Shown in pieces: positions 38,407-49,395 of a stretch of 64,000 nucleotides of DNA. Position 1 is the first letter of the stretch. The number at the start of each line of letters is the position of its first letter. Origin of the DNA: Rebecca billardiae RCC1528 (lineage: Eukaryota; Protista; Haptophyta); the NCBI GenBank assembly GCA_965240325.2, contig OZ251224.1, positions 2,294,001 to 2,358,000 on the forward strand, given 5' to 3'. A program made the translations under genes and the position numbers. The notes under the pieces were generated by a model, which saw nothing but the letters and a program-made list of their open reading frames with translations, was not told the DNA's origin and searched no databases.

Positions 38407-39285
38407 ATGGCGGTCGTCCTCGCGAGCACGGCCGTCCTCGTGGCCGCCCTGGGCTTTGCTGCTCCAGCGACAATCGCGGTGGTGACCAGGTCCCGTGTTC
38501 CGCGTGGCGCGCCGAGCGTTTGTTGCGCCGCCAGAGACGATGCCCTTGCTGCATCCACACGCGAGCTCGCCGAGCTGAGCGATCTACTGGCGGGCGACGA
38601 CGACGTCAGCGATGCCGAGCTCGAGGCAGCCCTCGCCGCGGCGGTGGCGGCGGCGGAGTCCGTCGAGGCGCTCGATGGCCTCGACGATGACAACACCGAT
38701 GTACTCATCATCGACTCTGCGCCGGAGTACTCCGTCGACCACGAGCGGCTACTCATGCAGAGCCAGGTCGTGCTGCGCGCAGCCGGGTGCGACGGCTGGG
38801 GCGTCAACATCTGGCTGGCAGGGGACGAGGAGGTGCGCGAGCTGAACCGTGAATACCGTGGAAAGGACGCGCCCACGGATGTCCTCTCGTTCCCGCCGGG
38901 CAGCGCCGAGCTCCGCGCCCCATCCGGCACGGCGAGCGCCGAGAGAGGCACTCGGCGCGCGCTCGGTGATCTGGCCATCTCGCTGCCGTACGTCCAGCGG
39001 GCAATCGAGGCTGACGCGGGGCTGAGCGAGGCGCAGCTCGCGGAGGACATCGCGCGGGGCGGCGCGTACGGGCGGCTCCCCGTGCTGCGGGACGTCAGCG
39101 CCCGCCTCCCGCTCCTCGTCGTGCACGGCGTGTGCCACCTGCTCGGGCACGACCACGAGGACGATGCTGAGCATGCCGCGATGCTCGAGGCCGAGGAGAA
39201 GCTCGCGCGCGCGCTCGACGACTGGGCGCGCCGTGAGGGGGGCGGCCGGCCGGCGCACGACGCGCCGCCACGCGCACCCGGCTGA
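38407..39285 (+). CDS. ybeY: Endoribonuclease YbeY, probably plastid-targeted
   Basis: VRELNREYRGKDAPTDVLSFP, LGDLAIS, HGVCHLLGHDH; N-terminal signal ending ALG-FAAP plus an Arg-rich transit-like segment. Confidence 0.92.
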   Translation: MAVVLASTAVLVAALGFAAPATIAVVTRSRVPRGAPSVCCAARDDALAASTRELAELSDLLAGDDDVSDAELEAALAAAVAAAESVEALDGLDDDNTDVLIIDSAPEYSVDHERLLMQSQVVLRAAGCDGWGVNIWLAGDEEVRELNREYRGKDAPTDVLSFPPGSAELRAPSGTASAERGTRRALGDLAISLPYVQRAIEADAGLSEAQLAEDIARGGAYGRLPVLRDVSARLPLLVVHGVCHLLGHDHEDDAEHAAMLEAEEKLARALDDWARREGGGRPAHDAPPRAPG

Positions 39286-39667
39286 CGAACGGGGATCGTC
39301 CGTGGATCGCCCGTGGATACGACCGGGTGGATGCGAGCGGCGGCGGCTGAACGCAGTCACGACTGGGCAGACTGGCCTGTCGTGAGTGTCGTCTGAGTGT
39401 CGTCAACGGTCACGGCAGGGGGCTCAGCCGCCAGCTGGCTCACCAGACTGCTTCGTGCGGCGGTGTCTGGAGGCGACACCTCGCAAGCTCGGGCTGGAGG
39501 ACTAGTAGGACTACGGCTTGGTAGCCAGCGTGCTGGGCGCGCCGCCCCCCGTCCAGCTCCTCAGACGGCCCCCTCACCGCCTGGCGGCATCGGCAGCCGA
39601 GCCGCGCAGGCTGTCGCAGGCAAGCCGACGTACTGGCCGGCGCTGGCCCTGAGCCGGCGAAATACGG

Positions 39668-39720
39668 CATGTCAGACAGTGGCACTGGCAGCAGACGGAG
39701 GGTGCACGACCGTGGGCCCC
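39668..39720 (+). mobile_element. Degenerate orphan 3' subterminal fragment of the Helentron-like family
   Basis: CATGTCAGAC...GACGGAGGGTGCACGACCGTGGGCCCC matches ~30308-30354; the terminal hairpin is missing. Confidence 0.5.
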
Positions 39721-39774
39721 CAAAGGCAAAGAGCTCTGATGATAGCTTACACGTTGACTCATTGATCTAGTCAC

Positions 39775-39780
<6 letters not shown>

Positions 39781-39815
<35 letters not shown>
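39781..39815. repeat. (TA)n microsatellite (another at ~40213-40255)
   Basis: Visible TA runs. Confidence 0.9.
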
Positions 39816-39818
<3 letters not shown>

Positions 39819-40390
39819 TGCACATGCATCATTAGATGACTGATGCTGATACCATAGCTTAAATGTCGCCTCGACGACATCGTCATCATCGTCTACTGTC
39901 TGTCATCGAGCCATCGCCATCACGGCATCAGACGTAAGCTAGTGCGCGCCGAACGATCAACGAAGCCCAAAAAATCGCGCGACCCGCAAATCATATATCG
40001 GAAGCCGCTCGGCCGCGGCGGCATCTTGCCATCTGCAGTCGCCGCCGCGTGCCCCAGGCCGAGGCGGTGTTCCATCCCGGCCCCGCTCCCGTAAGGGGAC
40101 AGGGCTGCGGGTGCGTGGCGCACTGCCTGACCTGGTCGGAAAGCGCGGACGCATTCTATGTGTCTGCTGCACTCTGAGCCTGACGCTTGCCCAATGCATG
40201 CCACGTCGTTAAATATATATATATATAGCTATATATATATTGCTTAATATATATAGCTAATGCCCCGAGCAGGGTCCTGAGCCGCCTGCCGCCTGCGGAT
40301 GATGACGGCAGTGGGATGAGACTACGACTGCGTGCTGATGACTCGGACGACGCAGAGGATCGACGACACTTATACTCAGAATTAGCCATG

Positions 40391-42076
40391 TTATGCGTCT
40401 TGATGGTCTTCGGAGCAGGTCGTGCGCCACGTGCGACAGTGCGGCCTGTGCGCCTTCCACGCGAACCGCAGGTGGTCGTGCGAGCAGAAGACAGCCAAGT
40501 GACACCGGTCGCACTTCTTCAGACCACGACCCGTCTGTGCACACACGATGCAGCACATCGATACCACCTCGCGCTCCCCAGCAAACTCGGCGAGAGCTAT
40601 GCTTGGCTCCAGAAAGGTGTCGAGCTCAGACGCACGGCGCAGCAACGCTGCACCCTCCTTCACATCGCGCTGCACTCCTTTGCCCGCCACCAGCAGCCGC
40701 CCAAGCCCGAAGTGGCCCCGGGCGTCTCCAGCGTCCGCTGCCAGCCGGTACCAGTGCGCCGCCTCGGTCATATCCTGCGTCACGCCCTCGCCTTTCTCGC
40801 AGCACCGGCCCAGGGTGAACTGCGCCCCTGCTTGGCCCTGCTCGGCCGCCAGCCGGTACCAGCGCGCCGCCTCGGCCATATCCTGCGGCACGCCCTTGCC
40901 ATTCTCGCAGCACACGCCCAGGGTGTACTGTGCCCATGCGTGGCCCTGCTCGGCCGCCAGCCGGTACCAGCGCTCCGCCTCGGACATATCTTGCGGCACG
41001 CCCTCGCCCTTCGCGCAGCACGCGCCCAGGTTGGACTGCGCAACTGCGTGGCCCTGCTCGGCCGCCAGCCGGTACCAGCGCACCGCCTCGGCCATGTCCT
41101 TCGGCACGCCCTCGCCCTTCTCGCAGCACAAGCCCAGGTTGCACTGCGCCCGTGCATAGCCCTGCTCGGCCGCCAGCCGGTACCAGCGCGCCGCCTCGGC
41201 CGTATCCTGCGGCACGCCCTCGCCCTTCTCGTAGCACAAGCCCAGGTTGGACTGCGCGGCTGCGGAGCCCTGCTCGGCCGCCGGCCGGTACCAGCGCACC
41301 GCCTCTGCCATGTCCTTCGGCACGCCCTCGCCCTTCTCGCAGCACAAGCCCAGGTTGCACTGCGCAACTGCGTGGCCCTGCTCGGCCGCCAGCCGGTACC
41401 AGCGCGCCGCCTCGGCCGTATCCTGCGGCACGCCATCGCCGTTCTTAAAGTACAAGCCCAGGTTGCACTGCGCCCATGCGTGGCCCTGCTCGGCCGCCAG
41501 CCGGTACCAGCGCACCGCCTCGGCCATGTCCTTCGGCACGCCCTCGCCCTTCTCGCAGCACAAGCCCAGTTGGCACTGCGCATCTGAGAAGCCCTGCTCG
41601 GCCGCCAGCCGGTACCAGCGCGCCGCCTCGGCCATATCCTGCGCCACGCCCTCGCCCTTCTTGCAGCACGCGCCCAGGCTGTACTGCGCAACTGCGTGGC
41701 CCTGCTCGGCCGCCAGCCGAAACCAGCGCATCGCCTCAGCTAAGTCCTGCGGCATGCCCTCGCCCCCATGGTAGCACAGGCCCAGTCGGCACTGCGCCTG
41801 CGCAAGGCCCTGCCTGGCGGCCAGCCGGTACCAGTGCACTGCCTTTGCGATATCCTTGGCCAGAGACAGCGCCCCTGCTCGATACATGTCGCCAAGCATG
41901 AGCTGAGCATCCGCCAGCCCGCGCTCGGCGGCAACGTGGTACAGGCTGGCCGCCTCGCGCTCATTCTTGGCGACACCGTCCCCCAGCGCGAGGCGCTCGG
42001 CGAGACGGAGCGAGGCGCGCGCATCGCCCCGCGCAGATGCGCGCCGAAGGAGCTTCACCGCAGCGCTGTTCTCCAT
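40391..42076 (-). CDS. Sel1-like repeat protein with C-terminal MYND-type zinc finger, paralogue B (10 core repeats), intronless
   Basis: Same N-cap (SAAVKLLRR.SARGDARA), 36-aa repeats and CIVC..CDRC..FCSHDH..WKAHRPHC as paralogue A. Confidence 0.92.
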   Translation of the reverse strand: MENSAAVKLLRRASARGDARASLRLAERLALGDGVAKNEREAASLYHVAAERGLADAQLMLGDMYRAGALSLAKDIAKAVHWYRLAARQGLAQAQCRLGLCYHGGEGMPQDLAEAMRWFRLAAEQGHAVAQYSLGACCKKGEGVAQDMAEAARWYRLAAEQGFSDAQCQLGLCCEKGEGVPKDMAEAVRWYRLAAEQGHAWAQCNLGLYFKNGDGVPQDTAEAARWYRLAAEQGHAVAQCNLGLCCEKGEGVPKDMAEAVRWYRPAAEQGSAAAQSNLGLCYEKGEGVPQDTAEAARWYRLAAEQGYARAQCNLGLCCEKGEGVPKDMAEAVRWYRLAAEQGHAVAQSNLGACCAKGEGVPQDMSEAERWYRLAAEQGHAWAQYTLGVCCENGKGVPQDMAEAARWYRLAAEQGQAGAQFTLGRCCEKGEGVTQDMTEAAHWYRLAADAGDARGHFGLGRLLVAGKGVQRDVKEGAALLRRASELDTFLEPSIALAEFAGEREVVSMCCIVCAQTGRGLKKCDRCHLAVFCSHDHLRFAWKAHRPHCRTWRTTCSEDHQDA

Positions 42077-42513
42077 CACCCTGTGCGCAAAGCGTCGAGG
42101 CCAGGCGATCGAGAGCGGGTTGAGTGGTTGACCGTTGTTCTATGTTCATCCAAGGGCGTTCCCGGGATCCTGCCACACGCTCCCGAAAGCAATGCCCCCC
42201 CTGGGGGGGGCATTGCTACCGGACTGGCGCGGGCCGTAATCAAATGTACCCGCTTGAAATGGAGGAAGCCCATTTCAATAGGAACGCGGTTCGATTTGGC
42301 GTATGACCAGTGCGGGGAACGCCCCTGACTTGTCACTGGCTCCGGACGCACGCCGGCTACTGCACCGGACTTGATTGCGACAATTCGTCATCAGATGGAA
42401 AAGGAAACTCGCGTGAAAATCACGGCGGATTTTCTGAATTCGCTTTTTCGCGCGTGTCGGTTTTGCGGAAAGCCGCTCGAAGCGCTGCTGCCTGCTGCGG
42501 TTACAGCATCAGC

Positions 42514-44351
42514 ATGTCGCAGGCGCCGCCGGCGCACCTGACCGACGCGGTCAATGACGCGAAGAGCAAGCTGATGCGGGCCGACGCCAACGGCGTCAGC
42601 CTGCACGACCACCTCTCTGCGACGCTCGCCAAGATCATCACCGAGGATCCGGACGACGCGCTCGCCATGTTCGAGCAGATCTCGATGAACGTGAAGAGGC
42701 AGAGCGTGCTGCCGCGCAAGGAGTACCTGCAGGTGCGACTCGGCGGAGGCGTGCGGCGGGGCGCGTCGACGCGAGTGGTGCGGGTGGGAGGTTGATCCAA
42801 CTGAGGCGCACGTCCGCCCCCGGCTGTCTCCGCTCGCTCACCTCCATCCCCGCGCGCCACACGCCTCGGTCGCGCAGGCTGTGCCGGAGCCCGCGCCCCC
42901 ATCAGTCGTCGCAAAGCGCGCTCTCCTGCGGGTGCGTGCCCCACCCAGACCTCTCCCGCTCGCGCGCTGCATCGCGCCACCTCGGCCCCTGCCGCGCCAA
43001 CCCGCGCCGTCGCGCACCGACCCCCGCCGCGCCGCGCAGGCCAAGCCCGAGCTGCCGGAGGACGCAGAGTTTCCAAACGTGGTCGAGGAGTTGGGCTTCT
43101 TCGAGCAGGCGGGGCACAGCCTCGTGCGGGACGAGGGGTTCCTGCTGCGCGCGGCGATGGCGAAGCTGACGGCGGAGAAGCAGCTCAAGACCATCCGCTT
43201 CTTCGGCAAGATCCTCGGCACCACCGCCGACTACTACATCCTGGAGGGTGCGTTTGCTGATGAGCCCGAGGAGGAGGAGGGCGCCGCGCCGCCGGACCCG
43301 AAGGCGATCCCGGCCGAGGAGGCGGGGACGGGGACGAACAAGTTCAGGTACTGGGTGTGCTCCGAGCTCGGGGAGGAGTGGACAGAGCTGCCGGCCGCCA
43401 AGCCCGAGGCCATCGTCGCCGCGCGCACCATCAAGAAGTACTTCACCGGTAACCTGGACGCCAAGGTTGTGGCGCACCCGCCCTTCCCGGGCACGGAGCG
43501 GGACTACCTGCGCGCGCAGATCGCGCGCATCCTGCACGCGACGTACGTGGCGCCGGGGGGGATGTTCAGCTTCGACGAGGACACGGACGAGGAGCCGAAG
43601 CCGATCGCGCCCACCGAGGAGTGGGAGGCGCCCGCGCCCGACGAGATGGCCGACCCGGCCGCGTGGGTGCACTACTACTCGACGATCCTCAAAGTGGGCC
43701 GCGTGACCAAGCCGCCCAAGCCGGACGACGAGGAGGAGGGGGAGGAGGTGCGCGGCGGCGCGCGCGCGCGCGGCCGACGCGCGCGGCCGACGCGCGCGCG
43801 TCAGCCGAGCCCCGCCGCCCACGCGCGCGCGCGCGCACTCGGCGCGCAGGACGCGGAGGCGGAGGAGGAGGAGCCGGAAGAGGACCAGCTGCTCAACGAC
43901 CTGAGCGCCGACCCGCCGGTGGTCGACTCGGAGGAGACGCCGGTGCCGGCGTGGACGGTGCGCACGTCGGGCGCGGGCGAGTACATGGTCGCGTACGCCG
44001 TCTCGGCGTCGTGGCCCGGCGCCGTCGCCTTCTGCTCGACCAAGCCGTCGGTCAAGTTTGCAAACGTGTACATCGGGAGCGGGCTGGAGAACACGGGTGC
44101 GCGCGCGCGGCGCGGCAGGGCGGGTGCGCGCGCGCGCGCACGGCGCTCACTCGCGCGCGCGCCCGTGCGCCGCGCCGCGCGCAGGCAAGAGCTTCACGCC
44201 CAAGCCGATGCCGGAGATCTCGAAGGAGCCGGACGAGGTGGCGGAGCAGGAGGACGTGCCGCTCGACGAGGAGAACGCCGAGCTGAAGGCGCTCGAGGAG
44301 AAGCGCATGATCGAGGAGGCGGAGGAGGAGGAGGAGGAGGAGGACGGCTGA
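42514..44351 (+). CDS. RSPH4A: Flagellar radial spoke head protein RSP4/6 family, about four introns
   Basis: SLHDHLSATLAKII..ALAMFEQIS, RFFGKILGTTADYYILE, GTGTNKFRYWVC, IKKYFTGNLDA, PPFPGTERDYLRAQIARI, SASWPGA, FANVYIG. RSP4 vs RSP6 not resolved. Confidence 0.92.
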
Positions 44352-44819
44352 GCGCCGCGCCTCGCTGGCGGGCTGCGAGATCGCGCCGCGCGGCCCGCGC
44401 GGGCGCGCGGCTGGGCTCGCTGCGCGGAGGAGCTGCAGATCGCGTGCGGCCGTGCCCTGTGGCTGTGGGAGACAGCAGCGCTGAGTGCGCTGACTACAGA
44501 CTAGTGACTGCTGCGAGTTCTGGCTCCGAACAGCCGAGTTCGGACCGCCCGGGGCAGCTGGGTGTCAAGGCACTTGTAGCACTGCTAAGGCCCACTTCGA
44601 TTGCCGCCGGGGGTCACTGACTAGCTGTGGAACACGCCTTAGCAGCAGCTATCAAGATGCTAGCTGCTGAGTCTGACTGACATGGTCCGGCTCGGCAACA
44701 AACGACCTTCCCCTTTTGGCTGTTGGTGAATGTTGAGTTTGTCCGGGAACTTCGGGTCCGGGTGGCATACAATTTTGCCCCGGCGCGCCGCCGCGCGCCC
44801 GTCCCTCTCGGGAAGCACC

Positions 44820-47800
44820 ATGGTCGGCTACGCGACGACGCGCTTCCCGGAGCCCCCCGAGGAGCTGACGCTCTGTCCGTACTGCTCGGACGTGCTGCGC
44901 GATCCGCGCCAGCGCCCCGAGTGCGAGCACGCCTACTGCTGCGACTGCATCACGCAGTGGATCACGGCGCACCCCGAGGCGGGCTGCCCGACGTGCCGGC
45001 AGCCCATCGCTGCGAATAAGCTCGTGCAAAGCCCCCGGATCCTGCTCGAGCTGATCGGCCGGCAGCGCATCACCTGCGACTTCGCCGGAGACGGCTGCCC
45101 GGCGGTCGTCGCGCTCAACGAGCTCGCGGCGCACATCCGCTCGTGCGAGTACCGGCACACGCGCCGGTGCGCAAGCATCGGCTGCGATGCGCGTGGGCGC
45201 TTCCGGTGCAACGGGCGCTGCAAGATCGCGCGCTACTGCTCGGAGGCGTGCTTCCGCGTGCACTGGAAGGAGGCACACCGGCGCGAGTGCGAGCTGCTCG
45301 CCACCGGCGCGCTCATCGCCGATGCGGCGCAGGCGAGAGCTGCGGCCAGCGTGGGCGCGGAGCTGACCGGCACGGTGGCCGCGCCGGCCGCGGCCGCCTC
45401 CGGCGCGGGCTCGGACGCGGGCTCGGACGCGGGGTCTGAGGCCGGCCTCGATGACGCGGCTGGGGCCAACCGCCCGGCTCTCGTCGCGGAGGTGCAGCGG
45501 TCCCGCCTCATGCTGCTGCTCTGCGCGACGCTCGCCTGCTGCATGGCGCCGGTGCGCGCGCTCGGGGCGCTCATTGGGGCGAGCGTGGCGCACGCGTGCG
45601 ACACTGCTCGGCGGTGGCTGCTGGAGGTGCGCGCGGCAGCAGTGTGCTGGGCGGCAGCGATGGCGGCGGCGCTTCGCCGCCAGCGCATCGCCGCCGCGCG
45701 CCGGCTCGTGCCACTACGAGGCGCAGTGCGCGACGCGTGCGCGTGGGCCGGTGCGCTGCTCGCGCCTCGCGGCGGCGCGCGTGGCGGCGCACGCGGCGGT
45801 GGCCGCGGGGCGCGGGGCCGCGGTGGCGTGAACCGGCGCGAAGACCGCACGCTGGCGGTCGTGTGCGGGCCCATAGCGGTGGTCGTGCTCGCGGTGATCG
45901 TGCTGACCCTCCTCTCGTCAGGCGAGCTCGACGGCGGCGGTGACGGCGGCGATTACGGCGGCCGCCGCGACGGCGGCTGCGGCGGCGTCCGCGGCCGCGG
46001 CCGCGGCGACACCGGCGCTCGGCCAATTCGTGCCGTCGTGGACAGCTTGCGTCAAATTGACGAGGGGGATAGGTCCGAGATGGACGCGGCCGCCGAGCGC
46101 GTCGTCAGCCTGTTCGGCTACATCCGCGACAACGACGACGGCGCTGATCACGACGACGAGGTGCCCGACGGCATCGACCAGGACGTGCTCGCTCTCTCCG
46201 GAAGCTTCAGCTTGGGGTTGGCGCGCACGCTGGTCGAGTGGCAACGGGCTGGCTTCAGCCCGTTCCGGCTCGGCCTCGAGTTCGAGGTGGCGATGAGCGA
46301 CCCGGACGTGCGCACGGACCTGGGCCAAGAAGCAGCCACCGTGTCCGAGCTCCTGTACGGCGCGGCGAAGCAGCTCGGCGACCCGCACGCGCGGCTCGCG
46401 CTCGGCGAGCCGGCTGACGTGGAGGCGGCGCGCAAGCTGTGGGCTGTGGTCCACGGCAAGGACGTGCCCGCGGAGAGCCTGCGCGGACTCGATCTGGACG
46501 AGACGTTCGAGCGCTTCGCGCGGCTGCGCACGGCCGCCGAGAAGCGCGGCGTGCGGATAGACGCGCTCGCGGACCCTTATGAGACGAGCGGGTACAGGCT
46601 GTCAGTTGGCCCGCTGCAGCCCGACGGCGGCGGCGCGCGTGCCGCCAAGCTGCGCGGCCGGATGAGCGAGGGGGAGATGCTCAGCCTCGTCTGGTACATG
46701 GCCTCGGTCTTGCTCAAGGACACGGCGTGCACGCGCGTGCTCGGCGTGCACCTCGCGCGCTACCTCGTCGGGCAGCGCTTCCTTGTCAAGGCGGCGAGCA
46801 GCTTCAACCCGTTCCCGCTGTGCGGCGGGCCGCTCATGCACGTGCCGAGGAAGGAGTGCCCGCCCGCGCACATCGGCGCGGCCGCGGTCAGGCTGCTGCT
46901 GGAGGAGACCTTGCGGTTGGACGACTCGCGCTCGGACCGCGCGCGCTGGGACCTCTCGCTGCTGCTCGCCGGCTGCCCGGAGCTGCACAAGAAGGCGGAC
47001 ACCGAGCTCGACAGGGACCTCCCGACATGGATGCATCTCAGCTTGCTGGGCGATCTGATCGACGTGGACAAGAGCGGCGCCGAGAAGATGCCCCGCTGGC
47101 GCACGAGCTACTACCCGCGCGCCCTCGAGCGGGTGACTGTGCTGCTGCTCGCGCGGCAAACCGGCGCGATCGAAACGATTCACAACCCGCTCGGCGACGA
47201 GCTGATCACCTTCGACGTGACGCACTACCACGACTACGACTATCACGAGAAGCAGCCCGCCTGGACCACCTCCGGTGCGCCCAGCCGCCTCCGCTATGCG
47301 TTCATGCGGCACACCGTGCGGGGCTTCGAGATGGGGCTGCCGAAGGACGGGCTGGTGCCGAGCTGGCTGCGCAAGACGTGGGCGTTGGAGAACTTCATGC
47401 ACATGTGGAAGCGCGTCGACACGGTGGCCGCCGAGAACGCGAAGGGCATCTCCGAGCTCAAGCGGTTCATCACCATCTGGGCGCACGCCGCCAAGGTGAA
47501 GGACGCGGACGCGGAGGTGCTCGTTCTCTCGGGCGCCACGTTTAAGCTGAAGGACAGCCGGAAAGGCCGCCAGCTGTCGCCCGCGACCACATACAGGTCG
47601 ATCGCGCGAGTTTTCGAGGCTCTGCTGCCTCAGACGTGGAGGGTGGTCCTGGGCGCGGAGGACTGCGAGGTGCGCGAATTCGACACCCTGACGGACGACG
47701 ACTTCTTCCAAGATGACGAATACAAGTCTCTGGTGGACCCGCAGACTATGGCTGCCATCGAGCGTGTCGCAAAGTCGCTGCAGCAGCCGCTGGAACCTGG

Positions 47801-47846
47801 AGTCCTTGACGGCCTCATCGACATCAGCACCGATGACGACGACTGA
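44820..47846 (+). CDS. RING (C3HC4) + TRAF/Sina-type zinc finger + MYND + TM protein with a large unknown C-terminal region, intronless
   Basis: CPYC..CEHAYCCDC..CPTCR; CDFAGDGC..LAAHIRSC; CASIGC..CNGRC..YCSEAC..HWKEAHRREC; TM LAVVCGPIAVVVLAVIVLTLLS. Confidence 0.82.
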   Translation: MVGYATTRFPEPPEELTLCPYCSDVLRDPRQRPECEHAYCCDCITQWITAHPEAGCPTCRQPIAANKLVQSPRILLELIGRQRITCDFAGDGCPAVVALNELAAHIRSCEYRHTRRCASIGCDARGRFRCNGRCKIARYCSEACFRVHWKEAHRRECELLATGALIADAAQARAAASVGAELTGTVAAPAAAASGAGSDAGSDAGSEAGLDDAAGANRPALVAEVQRSRLMLLLCATLACCMAPVRALGALIGASVAHACDTARRWLLEVRAAAVCWAAAMAAALRRQRIAAARRLVPLRGAVRDACAWAGALLAPRGGARGGARGGGRGARGRGGVNRREDRTLAVVCGPIAVVVLAVIVLTLLSSGELDGGGDGGDYGGRRDGGCGGVRGRGRGDTGARPIRAVVDSLRQIDEGDRSEMDAAAERVVSLFGYIRDNDDGADHDDEVPDGIDQDVLALSGSFSLGLARTLVEWQRAGFSPFRLGLEFEVAMSDPDVRTDLGQEAATVSELLYGAAKQLGDPHARLALGEPADVEAARKLWAVVHGKDVPAESLRGLDLDETFERFARLRTAAEKRGVRIDALADPYETSGYRLSVGPLQPDGGGARAAKLRGRMSEGEMLSLVWYMASVLLKDTACTRVLGVHLARYLVGQRFLVKAASSFNPFPLCGGPLMHVPRKECPPAHIGAAAVRLLLEETLRLDDSRSDRARWDLSLLLAGCPELHKKADTELDRDLPTWMHLSLLGDLIDVDKSGAEKMPRWRTSYYPRALERVTVLLLARQTGAIETIHNPLGDELITFDVTHYHDYDYHEKQPAWTTSGAPSRLRYAFMRHTVRGFEMGLPKDGLVPSWLRKTWALENFMHMWKRVDTVAAENAKGISELKRFITIWAHAAKVKDADAEVLVLSGATFKLKDSRKGRQLSPATTYRSIARVFEALLPQTWRVVLGAEDCEVREFDTLTDDDFFQDDEYKSLVDPQTMAAIERVAKSLQQPLEPGVLDGLIDISTDDDD

Positions 47847-48799
47847 TGACGAGTCGGTGTCGGACGCCGATGGATCGTATATCTGATCTCGACTGAACAG
47901 TTAGATCTGTGCCAAATGATATATATGACCGCGTTCCGCGGTCCTTTTCCGTAGAACGAACGTAGTTCGGGGCCCGCGGTGGCGGTGCACCCTCCGTCGC
48001 AGTCGTCTATTGACAGACCAGTTGCATGCCCGTACAACTAGACTCCAGCGGCGCGCCGCTGCGCCCCGGCGCCGGCGCCGCGGGCGCGGGCCCATCGCAG
48101 CCGCCGGCGCGGCGCCCGGATTGTGTACAGGCGGATGCGACGAGGCGTGATCGACGAATGAGCGCGACTCCACGTGCACGCCAGGCCACGTGGAGCTGAC
48201 AGCCAGGGAACACTGTGCGGGGCCGCGGATTCGTTCGGGCCGCTGCTGCTGACCGCGCTGTCTGTCGACAGTGTCGTCACCGCGCGCCGCGGCAGCGCCA
48301 GGAGTAGTCAGTAGATGATTTGCACTGGTCCGAGTAGGGTTCGACCAGCGCCTGCGCGACGGCCGACAGGCGGGCGCGAGGCGTGATCGACGCATGAGCG
48401 CAACTCTATCTACGCGGAGCTGACAGCCAGAGGGAGCACTGTGTGTGCCGAGGTGCGAGGGCACCGGTGATCGTTATTTCGCGCGCCGCGCGTGCACTGC
48501 ACGGGGTCACGGGGTGACACACCTCGGTCGGGCTCGGCACGCGTCGCAGAGGCACGGCCAGCTCTGGGGACGTCGCGCACCACCGTCGCCCGCGCCGCAG
48601 CTCGTCCTCCTAGGTCCGCCCGTCCAGCGCTGCAGACAGACTCGCCGGCGCGGGCCGAGAGTGAGTGCCGCAAAGCGGCTGCCAGCTGTTGGGCCGGGTG
48701 AGGAGGAGGGAGGGAGCTGGCCTGCGGGGCGCGTGGTGAAGTCGGTGATCAGCCGCGCCGCGCTCCCCCTGCCGAGTGCGCCATCGTCCTCCAGCACGG

Positions 48800-49010
48800 T
48801 GCGGACCTTGCCAAGGATGTTGTAGATCGATCGGCGCGGCACGCAGTACTTCACCGCCGCAGAGCCCACGTCATGCTTGCGCCTCACGACTGAGATGGCA
48901 GCAGCAATGCTCGAGAGCGTGTTATTGCCCCCTTTCGTCGTCACTGCCCCTGAGTCGCGCAGCATGTTCAACACGCGGAGAGCGCAGTCCTGGTCTGTGT
49001 CGCCCATCGA
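48800..49010 (-). pseudogene. Psq/CENP-B-type helix-turn-helix fragment
   Basis: SSIAAAISVVRRKHDVGSAAVKYCVPRRSIYNIL fits the HTH_psq pattern (AL.AV......AA.KY.VPR.TL). Confidence 0.45.
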
Positions 49011-49081
49011 TGTGCGTCGCAAGGCACTCCCTTGGACAGGCTCCGCAGTTGACGACCTCTTTCACCTCGGCACGTGCCTGT

Positions 49082-49395
49082 TGTAGCTCTCTGATCAAGA
49101 ACTAGTGCCTTGCGTGCCGGGTAGCTCTCTGATCAGTAGGTTACGACGCGGTGGATTCATTCTCCTGATGGCTCATTGATGAATACCATTTGTCGTCACG
49201 AAGCGGTGGATTCGTTCTCCTGATGGCTCCTTGATGAATGTAGCTCTCTGATCAAGAACTAGTGCCTTGCGTGCCGGGTAGCTCTCTGATCAGTAGGTTA
49301 CGACGCGGTGGATTCATTCTCCTGATGGCTCATTGATGAATACCATTTGTCGTCACGAAGCGGTGGATTCGTTCTCCTGATGGCTCCTTGATGAA
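49082..49395. repeat. 157-bp tandem duplication with internal sub-repeats
   Basis: 49082-49238 repeated at 49239-49395; each unit has two GTAGCTCTCTGATCA and two GCGGTGGATTC.TTCTCCTGATGGCTC.TTGATGAA. Confidence 0.9.
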
